From positions 3,648,001-3,712,000 of the forward strand of contig OZ252244.1 of assembly GCA_965249575.1 (NCBI GenBank): a stretch of 64,000 nt of DNA, read 5' to 3'. Below, piece after piece: positions 1 through 10,364 of the stretch. The stretch's first letter is position 1, and each line of letters begins with the position of its first letter. Both the position numbers and the translations under genes were made by a program. Origin of the DNA: Gemmatimonadales bacterium. GTDB taxonomy: Bacteria > Gemmatimonadota > Gemmatimonadetes > Gemmatimonadales > GWC2-71-9. The notes beneath the pieces were generated by a model. The model searched no databases, was not told where the DNA came from, and saw nothing but the letters and a program-made list of their open reading frames with translations.

Positions 1-853
1 GAGCTCACTCGCAACCCGGAGGGCCCGCTCGATGGGAATGGCGAACCCGATGCCCACTGACCCTCCGGTATTCGAGAATATCGAGCTGTTGACACCCACC
101 ACCTCGGCGGCCGCGTTGGCGAGCGGTCCACCGCTGTTCCCAGGATTGACCGCGGCATCGGTTTGAATCATGCCGACATACAGGCCGGGCTGATCGTCCG
201 AGGGGAGCAGGTTTCGATCGGTGGCGCTCACGACCCCGACGCTCACCGTCGGTTCGGTGTTCCCCAGCAGGTATCCATAGGGGTTCCCGAACGCCACGAC
301 CCACTCTCCGATCATCAGATCGGCGCTCCGGCCGAGGCGCGCAGTGGCGAGATCGCGCCCCTCGATTCTGAGTACGGCGATGTCCGTTAGGGGATCCTCA
401 CCGAGGAGGATCGCCGGGTAGTCGTCACCGCTACGGGTGGTAACGACGATCTGTTCGGCACCCTCGACGACGTGATGATTGGTGATGACGATCCCGTCGC
501 GAGAGATGACGAATCCAGAGCCGATTCCTTGCACTTCCCGCTCGTACGCTCGCGGAACAGAAAAAATTCCATGGTGAGTACGCCGGGCGCTGCTCCCGCT
601 TCACGACGTTGATGCTGACGACCGCAGGCGCGACACTCGCTGCGGCGCTGACGATGGCAGAGGCCCGGGATTCGGTGACCCCCAGGTGCTGCAGCGCGGT
701 AGTGGTGGCCGTTCTCGAGGTGCCGGAATCGGTGGCTCGCGCCTCGGGGGTCGGCGTTTCGCACGCCATCAACGCGAGAGCGACCCCGAGCATGATCGTG
801 CCCCTCAGGTTGGTAGCATGGCACCTTGGACTTCGAGGGTCACGAAGATTCAC
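1..853 (-). CDS. HtrA/DegP-like trypsin protease, probable lipoprotein; frameshifted at ~559-566 and running off the window edge
   Basis: N-terminal frame (853-560) has a LALMAC lipobox and APAVVSI. A second frame (558-1) reads QGIGSGFVI..TNHHVV..DIAVL..IQTDAAVNPGNSGGPL..GIGFAIP with an intact His/Asp/Ser triad. The frames switch at an A6 run. Confidence 0.85.
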
Positions 854-1623
854 GAATCGGTCCCGTAGCCGTTTCGATATCGCACGCCGACCAGATAAAG
901 TCCCTCCGGGGGGGCTGGTGGACTGGCGTCGGCGTTGCTCGTTTCGGCGAGCAGCCTCGCCATGTCTTCGGCGGGGCGCCGCCGCTGCGCGACGTCGGCC
1001 ATCGTGCCCACCAGGAAGCGAACCATGCGGTGGAGGAAACGATCGGCTTCAATAGTGAAAATATACCCTTTCCCGCCGGGGCGTTCTTCCCAGTTCGCCG
1101 AGAGGATCGAGCAGCGGTAATGCGGTTTAGGCTGTCCCGCGGCGGAGAAGGCCCGGAAATCGTGTTCACCGGCGATGGGGCGCCGTGCTGCCTCGAGCAG
1201 GGTGTGGTCAAGCGGGTGCCCGAGCGCCCACTCGAATGGGTGTCGGAATGGAGATGAAGAGGCTGCGTCGCACCCGATCACGTAACAATATCGGCGGGAG
1301 AGCGCATCGCGGCGGGCGTTGAAACTCGTGGGGACCCGGTGGGTCGCCGCCACCCAGATGTCGTCCGGCAAGAGGGCATTCATCGCGCGCCGGAGATCCT
1401 GCTCGGACCACTCTTTCCCGGGCGTGAAGCTCACCGCCTGTCCCACGGCGTGTACCCCCGCGTCGGTCCTCCCGGCGGCGGTGGCCCGAACGGGACGCCC
1501 CGCCACCCGTTCCAGGACACGCTCGAATTCTCCCTGAATTGTCCGGTGGCTTTTCTGCCGCTGCCAACCGGCAAAACTGTGGCCGACGTAGTGGAGAATA
1601 GCGAGGAAGGAGGGGGCCGGCAT
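850..1623 (-). CDS. truA: tRNA pseudouridine(38-40) synthase
   Basis: AGRTDAGVHA, HDFRAFS, FLHRMVR, APPEGLYL motifs. Confidence 0.95.
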   Translation of the reverse strand: MPAPSFLAILHYVGHSFAGWQRQKSHRTIQGEFERVLERVAGRPVRATAAGRTDAGVHAVGQAVSFTPGKEWSEQDLRRAMNALLPDDIWVAATHRVPTSFNARRDALSRRYCYVIGCDAASSSPFRHPFEWALGHPLDHTLLEAARRPIAGEHDFRAFSAAGQPKPHYRCSILSANWEERPGGKGYIFTIEADRFLHRMVRFLVGTMADVAQRRRPAEDMARLLAETSNADASPPAPPEGLYLVGVRYRNGYGTDS

Positions 1624-1632
1624 CCTCAGCTA

Positions 1633-1661
1633 AGTATAGGGCCGGCCGATGCTAGTGACAA
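1633..1661 (-). promoter_or_regulatory. sigma70-like promoter of truA
   Basis: TTGTCA-17 nt-TATACT on the minus strand, 9 nt before the ATG. Confidence 0.6.
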
Positions 1662-1683
1662 GCACCACAAGGAGTTGCGGCAA

Positions 1684-1713
1684 TTGACAAACCGGTCGGC
1701 CGGCGGGTAGCTT
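1684..1713 (+). promoter_or_regulatory. possible sigma70 promoter of trpD
   Basis: TTGACA-18 nt-TAGCTT. Confidence 0.4.
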
Positions 1714-1758
1714 GACGCCGAAACGAGAGCCCTTTCCCGCCCACGCCGGAACTCGGCC

Positions 1759-2808
1759 GTGACCACAGCCACGACGACAACGCCGTCCCCGATGCATCTG
1801 GCCATCAAGACGCTCGCCAGAGGCGAACGCCTTGGAGAAGACTTGACGGCGGCCGCGTTTGGGCAACTGATGGGCGGCGAGGCGAGTCCGGTGCAAGCGG
1901 CGGCTCTCTTGATCGGGTTGCGAGTGCAGGGCGAGACCGACGAGGAAGTTGCGGGGGCGGTCAGAGCGATGCGGGGTGCGATGGTCAGGGTGGAAATCGC
2001 CGACCGGCGGTTTCTCATCGATACCTGCGGCACTGGTGGGGGAACGGTGTCGACGTTCAATATCTCGACGGCCGCGGCGTTCGTCGCCGCTGGAGCAGGG
2101 GTGCGGGTTGCGAAACATGGGAACCGGTCCTTTACCTCCCAGTGCGGTTCGGCAGACGTGCTCGAAGCCCTGCGGGGGAACATCGAGTCCGACGCAGCGC
2201 AGGCGGTGAATCTTCTGAAATCCAGTGGTGTGGCGTTCCTGTTTGCTCCTTCCTTCCATCCTGCGATGCGTTTCGTCGGGCCGGTGCGGCGCGAGCTTGC
2301 GGTCCCGACGATCATGAACATCGTGGGTCCTCTCTCGAATCCAGCAAGCGTGGGCCGGCAGGTCCTTGGCGTTGCGGACCCCGCTCGAGCGCCAGTGCTT
2401 GCGGGAGCCCTCCAAAGGCTCGGGGCGGAGCATGCGGTGGTCGTGCACGGGACAGCCGGGATGGACGAGATCTCGCCCCGTGGCACCACGTTGGTGTGGG
2501 AGGTGAAGAACGGGACCGTGAGTACGTGGGAGCTCGAGCCCGGACGCTACGGATTGGAGGTGGTGAACCTCGCGGCACTCGCTGGCGGGGATCCCCAAGC
2601 AAACGCCGAGCGTATCCGCAGCCTCTTCGAGCGCCCCATGGACGATGTCGCGGGACGGGCCGCCGTCGTTCTCAACGCCGGCGCGGCGATCTACGTGTCG
2701 GGCAAGGCCGACTCGATAGAAGATGGGATCGAACAGGCTAGCGCATCACTGAACGCCGGGGCCGCGGCCGAACGGCTGCAACGGTTCGTCCAGGGTGGGA
2801 CGCCCTAG
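1759..2808 (+). CDS. trpD: anthranilate phosphoribosyltransferase
   Basis: DTCGTGG, FNIST, AKHGNRS, GSADVLE, GMDEIS motifs; start may be ATG 1792. Confidence 0.95.
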   Translation: MTTATTTTPSPMHLAIKTLARGERLGEDLTAAAFGQLMGGEASPVQAAALLIGLRVQGETDEEVAGAVRAMRGAMVRVEIADRRFLIDTCGTGGGTVSTFNISTAAAFVAAGAGVRVAKHGNRSFTSQCGSADVLEALRGNIESDAAQAVNLLKSSGVAFLFAPSFHPAMRFVGPVRRELAVPTIMNIVGPLSNPASVGRQVLGVADPARAPVLAGALQRLGAEHAVVVHGTAGMDEISPRGTTLVWEVKNGTVSTWELEPGRYGLEVVNLAALAGGDPQANAERIRSLFERPMDDVAGRAAVVLNAGAAIYVSGKADSIEDGIEQASASLNAGAAAERLQRFVQGGTP

Positions 2809-3413
2809 AACTTGCGGATCACTCCGACCACGATTCCCTGCACGAGCACGTCTTCTTCGCGTGCCCGAATCGGTTGCATGTTCTCGTTTGCAGGCTGCAG
2901 GCGAACCCAACCATCGCCCTCGCGGAAGAACCGCTTCACGGTGGCGGACGTGCCGTGGATGAGCGCAACCACCATCTCGCCCGGGTGGGCCGTATTGCGG
3001 CTGTTGACGATGACGTAGTCGCCATCCCGAATCTGCTCGTCGATCATCGAAGTCCCGCGCACGCGGAGCGCGTAACTCGAGCCGCGCCTGGGGATGAGAT
3101 CATTTGGGACGGCAAGGGTTTCCTGGTCGACGACGGCTTCAATGGGTTCGCCGGCAGCAACCTGGCCCAACAAGGGGAGTTCCGTGGCGCCTGCCTGACC
3201 GGCTGGTGGCGCTACCTCGATTGCGCGGCTTTCATTGTGCTCCCTCCGGATGTACCCTTTGCGCTCCAGGTTTGAAAGGTGTTCGTGTACCGTGGCCAGG
3301 GAGCGAAAAGCAAACTGTTCGGCGATTTCTTCGAATGAAGGCGCGTAGCCGTGTTGTCCAATATAAGACTCCACGAAATCGAGAATCTGCTTTTGACGCT
3401 TCGTAAGCGCCAT
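2805..3413 (-). CDS. lexA: SOS repressor LexA
   Basis: MALTKRQKQIL..YAPSFEEIA wHTH, VAAG cleavage site, GTSM (Ser) and ATVKRF (Lys); ATG at 3413. Confidence 0.95.
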   Translation of the reverse strand: MALTKRQKQILDFVESYIGQHGYAPSFEEIAEQFAFRSLATVHEHLSNLERKGYIRREHNESRAIEVAPPAGQAGATELPLLGQVAAGEPIEAVVDQETLAVPNDLIPRRGSSYALRVRGTSMIDEQIRDGDYVIVNSRNTAHPGEMVVALIHGTSATVKRFFREGDGWVRLQPANENMQPIRAREEDVLVQGIVVGVIRKF

Positions 3414-3436
3414 GCGCCACCCCCCAACGAGTGTTA

Positions 3437-3482
3437 CCGAACGAACGCCGAAGAATATACCCGAACACAAACCGAAGCGCAA
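3437..3482 (-). promoter_or_regulatory. lexA promoter overlapped by two candidate LexA operators
   Basis: Minus strand TTGCGC-17 nt-TATATT (3482-3454); CCGAAC-N5-CCGAAG occurs twice on the plus strand (3437-3453, 3461-3477). Confidence 0.7.
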
Positions 3483-3490
3483 GTTGGCGT

Positions 3491-4285
3491 ATGACGGCGA
3501 CCCTTACCTCGATCGTCGACCTTACCCGCCGCCGGGTGAGCGAGCTGCGGCTGAAAGTCGGGGAACTCGAGGATCGGGCCCGCAACGCACCGGTGCCGGT
3601 TCCGTGGGGCTCGGGGCTTCGCCAGGACGATGTCGCGGTGATTGCGGAGATTAAGCGGCGCTCGCCCTCGAAGGGGGATATTGCAACCCAATTGGATCCG
3701 GCCGCACATGCGCGGGCGTACGTCAGGGGTGGGGCGCGAGGGATCTCAGTGCTGACTGAGGGTCCGCATTTCGGGGGGTCGCTCGACGATCTCGCGCAGG
3801 TCCGTGCCTCTGTGGACACGCCACTGCTGCGGAAAGACTTCGTGGTGGACCCCGCTCAGATTTACGAGACCCGCATCGTGGGTGCGAGCGCGGTTCTCCT
3901 GATCGTGCGAGCGCTCGATTCCGCTGAGTTGCGTGAGCTAGCAAGCTTGGCGAGAGAGCTTCGGTTGGCGATATTGGTCGAGGTGCACACACCGACAGAA
4001 CTCGAGCGTGCTGTGCTGCTCGAGCCTGACGCCGTTGGCGTGAACAGCCGGGACCTGGAGACGTTCCAGGTCGATACTATCCGGGCCGCCGCGATCCTCC
4101 GCTCGATTCCGGAACATCTGGTCGCGGTGGCTGAGAGCGGACTTCACACCCGCGCGGACGTCGAGTGTGTCGCGGAGTGCGGTGCAGACGCTATCCTAGT
4201 CGGAACGGCAGTAGCTAGTTCGGCGAAACCGGCGGATGCCGTGCGAGCGCTGACGGGCGTTTCACGGTGCAGGCGGAGCGGGTAG
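3491..4285 (+). CDS. trpC: indole-3-glycerol phosphate synthase
   Basis: [43 protein letters not shown] 3491. Confidence 0.95.
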   Translation: MTATLTSIVDLTRRRVSELRLKVGELEDRARNAPVPVPWGSGLRQDDVAVIAEIKRRSPSKGDIATQLDPAAHARAYVRGGARGISVLTEGPHFGGSLDDLAQVRASVDTPLLRKDFVVDPAQIYETRIVGASAVLLIVRALDSAELRELASLARELRLAILVEVHTPTELERAVLLEPDAVGVNSRDLETFQVDTIRAAAILRSIPEHLVAVAESGLHTRADVECVAECGADAILVGTAVASSAKPADAVRALTGVSRCRRSG

Positions 4286-4308
4286 CCGGTGACACAGGAG
4301 GGAGAGCC

Positions 4309-5502
4309 GTGACTTCGGTTGCCGGTAGCGCCTCGGCGACCCGTTTTGGCCGCTATGGTGGGCGGTACGTTCCGGAGACGCTGATTGCGGCGTTGGACGA
4401 ACTCGCCTGCGTATACGACGCCGCGGCGGGCGATCCGTCCTTCTGCCGCCAGTTGGATCATCTCCTGCGCACCTACGCTGGCCGCCCCACTCCGATCTCC
4501 GACGCGCCGCGTTTTTCGGAGGTCGTCGGCTGCTCCGTCTTGCTCAAGCGAGAAGACTTGGCCCACACGGGCGCCCACAAGATCAACAACACGCTTGGTC
4601 AGGTGCTGCTCGCCACTCGCATGAAGAAATCTCGGATCATTGCCGAGACAGGCGCAGGACAACACGGGGTAGCGACCGCAACGGCGTGCGCTCGATTCGG
4701 TCTTGAGTGCGTCGTGTATATGGGCGAAGAGGACATGGCGAGACAGCGTCTCAACGTCTACCGCATGGAGGTGCTGGGCGCGACGGTCGTTCCGGTGAGC
4801 TCGGGTACCCGTACCCTCAAGGACGCCACCAATGAGGCCCTGCGCGATTGGGTGACCAACGTGACCACCACGCATTACGTTATTGGATCCGTGGTCGGGC
4901 CCGACCCGTTCCCGAGAATGGTGCGGGATTTCCAGCGCCCGATAGGGACCGAGTCGCGTGCCGAGATGATGGACCGGCTGGGCCGGCTGCCCAGCTCTGT
5001 CGTCGCGTGCGTCGGTGGGGGCTCGAACGCGATGGGGATCTTCAGCGGATTCCTCGAGGACGATGTGGAGCTTGTTGGGGTCGAAGCTGGAGGGCAGGGG
5101 CTAGCGGGGGCACGGCACGCCGCGTCCCTGGCCGTTGGCGTTCCGGGTGTTCTGCACGGAAGCTTGAGCTACGTCCTGCAGAATGACGACGGACAAGTGC
5201 GCCCGGCCCATTCGGTGTCCGCCGGACTCGACTATCCCGGAGTCGGCCCGGAGCACGCGCACTTGCTGGATACCGGACGGGTGCAATACGAGACTGTGAC
5301 CGACAACCAGGCGCTCGAAGCATTCCGCACCCTCGGTAGGCTTGAAGGCATTCTACCGGCACTGGAGAGCGCCCACGCGATCGCATGGGTCCTCGGGGCT
5401 GCGGGGCGGTGGGCAGGGGAGGACGTCGTGCTCATCAACCTGAGCGGGCGCGGCGACAAGGACGTCGCTCACGTCGCGGCCTTGGCAGGTTCAGCCGAAT
5501 GA
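4309..5502 (+). CDS. trpB: tryptophan synthase beta subunit
   Basis: [52 protein letters not shown] 4309 after GGAG. Confidence 0.97.
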   Translation: MTSVAGSASATRFGRYGGRYVPETLIAALDELACVYDAAAGDPSFCRQLDHLLRTYAGRPTPISDAPRFSEVVGCSVLLKREDLAHTGAHKINNTLGQVLLATRMKKSRIIAETGAGQHGVATATACARFGLECVVYMGEEDMARQRLNVYRMEVLGATVVPVSSGTRTLKDATNEALRDWVTNVTTTHYVIGSVVGPDPFPRMVRDFQRPIGTESRAEMMDRLGRLPSSVVACVGGGSNAMGIFSGFLEDDVELVGVEAGGQGLAGARHAASLAVGVPGVLHGSLSYVLQNDDGQVRPAHSVSAGLDYPGVGPEHAHLLDTGRVQYETVTDNQALEAFRTLGRLEGILPALESAHAIAWVLGAAGRWAGEDVVLINLSGRGDKDVAHVAALAGSAE

Positions 5503-7169
5503 CGGATTCCGCTGTGTCCGAACCCACTGTCGATCCGGCGCCGATCGAAAACCTGATGCAGGTCATGCTCAAGGGCCTGCGCGCCATCCAACTGTACCTC
5601 CCAAACAATCCCGTGTATCAGCAGGCCGTTCAGAACGTGCGGGCGGCCTTCGCACCCGTGTGGGAGGAGTTGGATGCCCTGCCGCTGAGCGTGACGGAAA
5701 CCGAGTTCCTGTGGGAAGGGCGCCCGGTCCTGTCTCAGGAGACCAAGAACGAGAGCGTAGCGTGGCTACTCCATAAGGACGGCATCAGAGCGCTCACGTT
5801 GTCGCCGGGTGTCGAAGAGGAGGAGGTCGTCCGCTTTTTGAGCGTGGTCCAGAAAGTTCGCACGCTCCCGCCGGAGGCCGAGGATGATCTCCTGACACTG
5901 CTTTGGGAAGAAGACTTCCAGCATGTGCACTACAGTTTCGTCGAGCTGGGGGAAGACGTCCTCCCACCCCTCGAGCGAGACGAGGACAAGCCACCGCCGG
6001 ATCCCGAGGCAGTAAAGCGCGAAGTCGTTCGGGAAACGGAACCCCCCCAAGGGATTGTGAGTCTGGAAGATTTCGATCCGACTCTCTACTTCCTCGACGA
6101 GTCGGAGATCGAATACCTGCAGGGCGAGTTCCAACGCGAGTACAAACAGGACCTGCGATCGAACGTCCTTGGGATTCTCTTCGATCTTCTCGAGTTGCAG
6201 ACCTACACCACGGTGCGCACCGAGGTGGTCTCCATCGTCGAAAACTTCCTCCCGTATCTGCTCGCGGTGGGGGATTTTCGATCGGTGGCGTACGTCCTGC
6301 GGGAGCTCCGGGTCATCTTGGATCGCGCGAGGGAGTTGAGCCCTGAACATAAGGACGCGATCGAGAGTCTTCCCGCGAAGCTGTCCCAACCTGAATCTCT
6401 GTCCCAGCTTCTTCAGTCGCTGGACGAGGCACTCGTGTTTCCGACTGAGGACGAGCTGGGCGAGCTCTTTCGTGAGTTTCGCGCCGACGCCCTCGCGACG
6501 ATCGTGACGTGGCTTCCCAAACTCACGAACGAGCGGGTCCGCGAAATACTCGACGGGGCGGCGCAGCGGTTGGCCCAGGCGCACCCCGAGGAGGTCGTCA
6601 AAGCGCTCCAGCACGACGATGATGCTGCCGTCCTCGAGACCGTTCGAATGGTGAGCCGCCTCAAGCTCCCTCCCGTCGTGCCCGCGCTTGGCGATTTGCT
6701 GGCGCACCCGGACCAGGAACTTCGGCATACGACCGCCGAGGCGCTCGCGACGATTGGAACCCCCGGAGCGATGCAGCAGCTCGAAAAGGCAATCGACGAC
6801 TCGGACCGTGAAGTTCGCATGATCGCAGTCCGCACGCTCGGGTCCAAGGGGCATCGCGGGGCCTTTCCCAAGGTCGAGGCCGCGGTGATGGGAAAGAGTC
6901 TGCGCGGGGCCGATCTGTCGGAAAAGATGGCGGTGTTCGAAGCATATGGCCTGCTGGCGGGAGCCGCCGGTGTGGAGCATTTGGCTCCGATGCTGCTCGG
7001 CAAGGGGTTCATGAAGCGCAAGGAGGATCCAGAAACGCGTGCGTGCGCGGCGATGGCACTCGGCAAAATCGCCACCCCCGACGTCAAGGAGATCCTCCAG
7101 AACGCGCAGTCCGATAAAGAACCGCTGGTCCGGAATGCCATTAACAAGGCGCTCAGGGAGCTACGCTAG
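5499..7169 (+). CDS. HEAT-repeat protein with an unnamed N-terminal alpha/beta domain
   Basis: C-terminal HEAT/PBS-lyase-like repeats ([54 protein letters not shown]); ATGA overlap with trpB. Confidence 0.8.
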   Translation: MTDSAVSEPTVDPAPIENLMQVMLKGLRAIQLYLPNNPVYQQAVQNVRAAFAPVWEELDALPLSVTETEFLWEGRPVLSQETKNESVAWLLHKDGIRALTLSPGVEEEEVVRFLSVVQKVRTLPPEAEDDLLTLLWEEDFQHVHYSFVELGEDVLPPLERDEDKPPPDPEAVKREVVRETEPPQGIVSLEDFDPTLYFLDESEIEYLQGEFQREYKQDLRSNVLGILFDLLELQTYTTVRTEVVSIVENFLPYLLAVGDFRSVAYVLRELRVILDRARELSPEHKDAIESLPAKLSQPESLSQLLQSLDEALVFPTEDELGELFREFRADALATIVTWLPKLTNERVREILDGAAQRLAQAHPEEVVKALQHDDDAAVLETVRMVSRLKLPPVVPALGDLLAHPDQELRHTTAEALATIGTPGAMQQLEKAIDDSDREVRMIAVRTLGSKGHRGAFPKVEAAVMGKSLRGADLSEKMAVFEAYGLLAGAAGVEHLAPMLLGKGFMKRKEDPETRACAAMALGKIATPDVKEILQNAQSDKEPLVRNAINKALRELR

Positions 7170-8644
7170 TGGGTGACGAAGAGGTCCGCCGTATCTCCCG
7201 GCCGTCCATGGTGGACAGCCTCCGGGACTCCGAGCGGTTCACTCGGGAGGCGGGGCGGGATTTTGTCGTGGCGCTTTACGCCGCGTTGCGCAATCTGAAG
7301 CTCTATCCGGTCGAGAACGACCAGGCGCAGAAAGCATTGCAGGAGCTCGCCGCGATCGCTCGAAAGCTGCATGCGGCGGAGCCCGAGCTTGAGGTCCGCA
7401 TGGCGGGCGAGTTCATTTTCGTCAATGGCACCCGCCTCCGTCTTGGGCTCGACAACTACGCGTCGTTCTCTCACGTGCTCACCACCCTGGCGCAGTGCGA
7501 TATCGGGACGATCCTCATCGACGAGGACGTCGATAATCGCGAGCTCCAGGTGTTCGTGTCGCTGCTCCTATCGTTCGCGACTCGGGAAGGCGATTCGAAC
7601 AAGTTGTTCGATCTGCAGGAGAAGCTCGACCAAGCGAACGTCGCACACGTCCACATCGAAGCATCTTCAGACAGTGAAGGCGAGTCTCACGAACAGGCGA
7701 AGGAGGTGGCCAAGCGCACGTACGAGCGGTCCGTCGCCGTCACCAAGGAAGTGATCAACAGCGTCCGCATGGGACGGAGCGCGAGCGTCAAGAAGGTGAA
7801 ACGCGCCGTCCAGAGCATCGTGGACCAAATACTGAGCAACGAGGACTCACTGGTCGGACTGACGACCATCCGTGATTACGACGAATACACCTTCACCCAC
7901 TCCGTCAACGTCTGCATCTTCAGCGTCGCCATCGGTCGCCGCTTAGGTCTCACCAAGCTCCAGCTCTACGACCTGGGCCTAGCAGCACTCTTCCACGATG
8001 TGGGGAAGAGCCGTGTTCCGCTCGAAGTTCTGGGCAAGGAGGGGCCACTCACCGAAGAAGAATGGCGGATGATGCAGGCCCATCCGTGGCTCGGCGTGCT
8101 GACGCTGTTCGGACTTCGAGGCTACGGTGAGATTCCGTATCGGGGGATCATCACCGCGCACGAGCACCATATGAAGATCGACCTGACGGGATATCCCAAG
8201 AGCATTCGTCCCAGGCAGCTCTCGGTCTACTCGAAGATCGTCGCCGTGGCGGACGGTTTCGACGCCGCGACCACGCGGCGGGCGTATCAGACCGTACCAA
8301 TTCAGCCAGATCAGGTGTTGCGAGAGATGTGGGAAAACCCTCGTCGAGGATACGACCGCGTTCTCGTGAAGGCGCTGACCAACCTCCTCGGGATCTATCC
8401 GGTCGGTACCTGCGTGATCTTGGACAGCTATGAGGTGGGGATCGTGCACGCGGCGAATCCCGATGTCGCCCACATCCACCGCCCGATCGTCCGCATTGTC
8501 TGCGCGCCCGACGGCTCTCTCGTGCCGGGTGGACCCCTCATCGATTTGGGTGAAGCGGGGGGCACCACCGGATACAAGCGATCGATCATCAAGGTTACCG
8601 ATCCTGGAAAGTACGGTATCGAGCCCTCCGACTACTTTGTCTGA
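7169..8644 (+). CDS. HD-GYP domain protein (putative cyclic dinucleotide phosphodiesterase)
   Basis: YTFTHSVNV, FHDVGKS, HEHHMKIDLTGYP, VADGFDA, RAYQ, GIYPVG. Confidence 0.9.
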   Translation: MGDEEVRRISRPSMVDSLRDSERFTREAGRDFVVALYAALRNLKLYPVENDQAQKALQELAAIARKLHAAEPELEVRMAGEFIFVNGTRLRLGLDNYASFSHVLTTLAQCDIGTILIDEDVDNRELQVFVSLLLSFATREGDSNKLFDLQEKLDQANVAHVHIEASSDSEGESHEQAKEVAKRTYERSVAVTKEVINSVRMGRSASVKKVKRAVQSIVDQILSNEDSLVGLTTIRDYDEYTFTHSVNVCIFSVAIGRRLGLTKLQLYDLGLAALFHDVGKSRVPLEVLGKEGPLTEEEWRMMQAHPWLGVLTLFGLRGYGEIPYRGIITAHEHHMKIDLTGYPKSIRPRQLSVYSKIVAVADGFDAATTRRAYQTVPIQPDQVLREMWENPRRGYDRVLVKALTNLLGIYPVGTCVILDSYEVGIVHAANPDVAHIHRPIVRIVCAPDGSLVPGGPLIDLGEAGGTTGYKRSIIKVTDPGKYGIEPSDYFV

Positions 8645-9443
8645 CCACGGCATCGCGGAGCGGTGGGAGACCGTTCGTCGCGAGCGGCGTGCCGCGCTCA
8701 TCCCCTATCTCACCGCGGGCTTTCCCACTCCCGGAGACAGCCTCGACGCGCTCCAAGCCGTCGCGGCGGCTGGTGCCGACTTCCTGGAGATCGGCATCCC
8801 GTTCAGCGATCCCCTGGCCGACGGGCCCGTCATTCAACGCGCCAGCCAGATCGCTCTCGAACGAGGCATGACGGTCGATGCAACGCTTCGTCTCGTCCGG
8901 GATGCACAGCTCGACTGTCCGGTGATTGCGTTCTCGTATCTCAATCCGATCCTGGCATATGGACTCGACCAGTTTGTCGATCATGCGATTGATGCCGGGA
9001 TTGCGGGCGTGCTGGTCACGGATTTGCCAGCTGGAGAGGACGTGGAGACAGAGCGCCGGCTCCGGCGCCGAGGTGCGGATCTGATACGCCTGGTTGCCCC
9101 GACCACGCCGGACGCGCGTCTGCGGTCGCTAGCGGATGCGGCGAGCGGCTTCATCTACGCGATCTCCCGACTGGGGGTCACCGGAGCACCGACTCGACTC
9201 GGGGAACCGACCGCGCAGCTCGTTTCCCGGATACGGCGGGTGACTACCCTGCCGGTTGCGGTTGGCTTCGGCCTCGCTACCGCGCAGCAGGCGCGGGAAG
9301 TCGCTGGCATCGCCGATGGGGTAGTCGTCGGGAGTGCGCTTCTGCGCGCGCTCGAGCGCGGGCTGGAGGCGGCGCGAGAACTGATGGCTGAGCTGCGTGG
9401 CGCGGTGGCCGAGCCGGTGATTCCTGCGCGTGTCCAGCGATAG
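8637..9443 (+). CDS. trpA: tryptophan synthase alpha subunit
   Basis: IPYLTAGFP, EIGIPFSDPLADGPVIQ, SRLGVTG, VGFG, ADGVVVGSA; start inferred at TTG 8637. Confidence 0.95.
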   Translation: MSDHGIAERWETVRRERRAALIPYLTAGFPTPGDSLDALQAVAAAGADFLEIGIPFSDPLADGPVIQRASQIALERGMTVDATLRLVRDAQLDCPVIAFSYLNPILAYGLDQFVDHAIDAGIAGVLVTDLPAGEDVETERRLRRRGADLIRLVAPTTPDARLRSLADAASGFIYAISRLGVTGAPTRLGEPTAQLVSRIRRVTTLPVAVGFGLATAQQAREVAGIADGVVVGSALLRALERGLEAARELMAELRGAVAEPVIPARVQR

Positions 9444-9825
9444 CGCCGGCCCGAACCAGCGGGACTGCATCACGCTCAAGGGTATGCGCTTTCACACGTT
9501 GGTCGGCGTGCTACCCCACGAGAAAGATGTCCCGCAACCGCTCGAGCTCGATCTCACCGTCTGGCTCTCGCTCCGGCAAGTAGGACAGACCGACTCACCG
9601 CGCATGTCGCTCGACTATCGCGATCTGTACGCGATGGTCGAAGAGACAGTGGGAAGGAGCCACCATCGGCTCTTGGAGGGGCTGTGTGCGAGAATCGCCG
9701 AGCGAGCTTTACGACTGGATTCGGTACAGCGGGTCCGTGTGGCGGCGCGCAAACCCCACGCTCCCATCAATGGTCCACTCGATTTCGTGGAGGTCGTGCT
9801 CGAACGCACCGCCGATGACGCCTGA
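9430..9825 (+). CDS. folB: dihydroneopterin aldolase
   Basis: GMRFHTLVGVLPHEK, LDYRDL, LLE, KPHAPI. Confidence 0.9.
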   Translation: MSSDSAGPNQRDCITLKGMRFHTLVGVLPHEKDVPQPLELDLTVWLSLRQVGQTDSPRMSLDYRDLYAMVEETVGRSHHRLLEGLCARIAERALRLDSVQRVRVAARKPHAPINGPLDFVEVVLERTADDA

Positions 9826-10231
9826 ATGGGCATTCGTGGCGCTGGGCTCGAATCTCGGAGACCGCGCCGCGTATCTCGAGTGCGCACGGGATGGTCTGGC
9901 CCAGCTGGCGGATACGACGCTCGTGGCACAGAGCCGGGTGGAGGAGACCGCGCCGATCGGTCCGCGAGACCAGGCTAGCTACCTCAATCAGATGGTGCTA
10001 ATCCAGACCAAGATGTCTCCCGCCGACCTGCTCGCTGCGTGCCTTGGCATTGAGAGACGGGCGGGCCGCGTTCGAGGTGAACGCTGGAGTTCGCGAACGC
10101 TCGACCTCGATATCGTCAAATACGGTGATCGTGTCGTCAGCGGGCCGGACCTCGTCATTCCGCACCCCGAGCTATCGAATCGTGCTTTCTGGCAACGGCA
10201 ATTAGAGGAGCTCTTGCCGCATGCGCGGTAA
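9815..10231 (+). CDS. folK: 2-amino-4-hydroxy-6-hydroxymethyldihydropteridine diphosphokinase
   Basis: FVALGSNLGDR, YLNQ, RWSSRTLDLDI, IPHP. Confidence 0.93.
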   Translation: MTPEWAFVALGSNLGDRAAYLECARDGLAQLADTTLVAQSRVEETAPIGPRDQASYLNQMVLIQTKMSPADLLAACLGIERRAGRVRGERWSSRTLDLDIVKYGDRVVSGPDLVIPHPELSNRAFWQRQLEELLPHAR

Positions 10232-10364
10232 CCCATTTGCGGGTCTCGTCGATGGGGCGGGCGTGGACGTCACTCTGGTCGTGGACTCGGTCAATGCCGT
10301 GTCCTACGGCGAGGACACTACGGTGGTGGCGACCATGGAGCAGATGTACCACGGCACGAAATGA
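10221..10364 (+). pseudogene. panB: 47-codon remnant of ketopantoate hydroxymethyltransferase
   Basis: MRGNPFAGLVDGAGVDVTLVVDSVNAVSYGEDTTVVATMEQMYHGTK resembles the PanB segment FA.L...G..V.LVGDS.G.V..G.D.T..VT..M.YH and sits between folK and panC. Confidence 0.75.

Noticed and set aside
559..566. Programmed -1 frameshift at T TTT TTC in htrA
   Set aside because: The required shift is +1/-2, not -1.
3437..3477. Short repeats as CRISPR or VNTR
   Set aside because: Only four 6-bp half-sites; better explained as operators.
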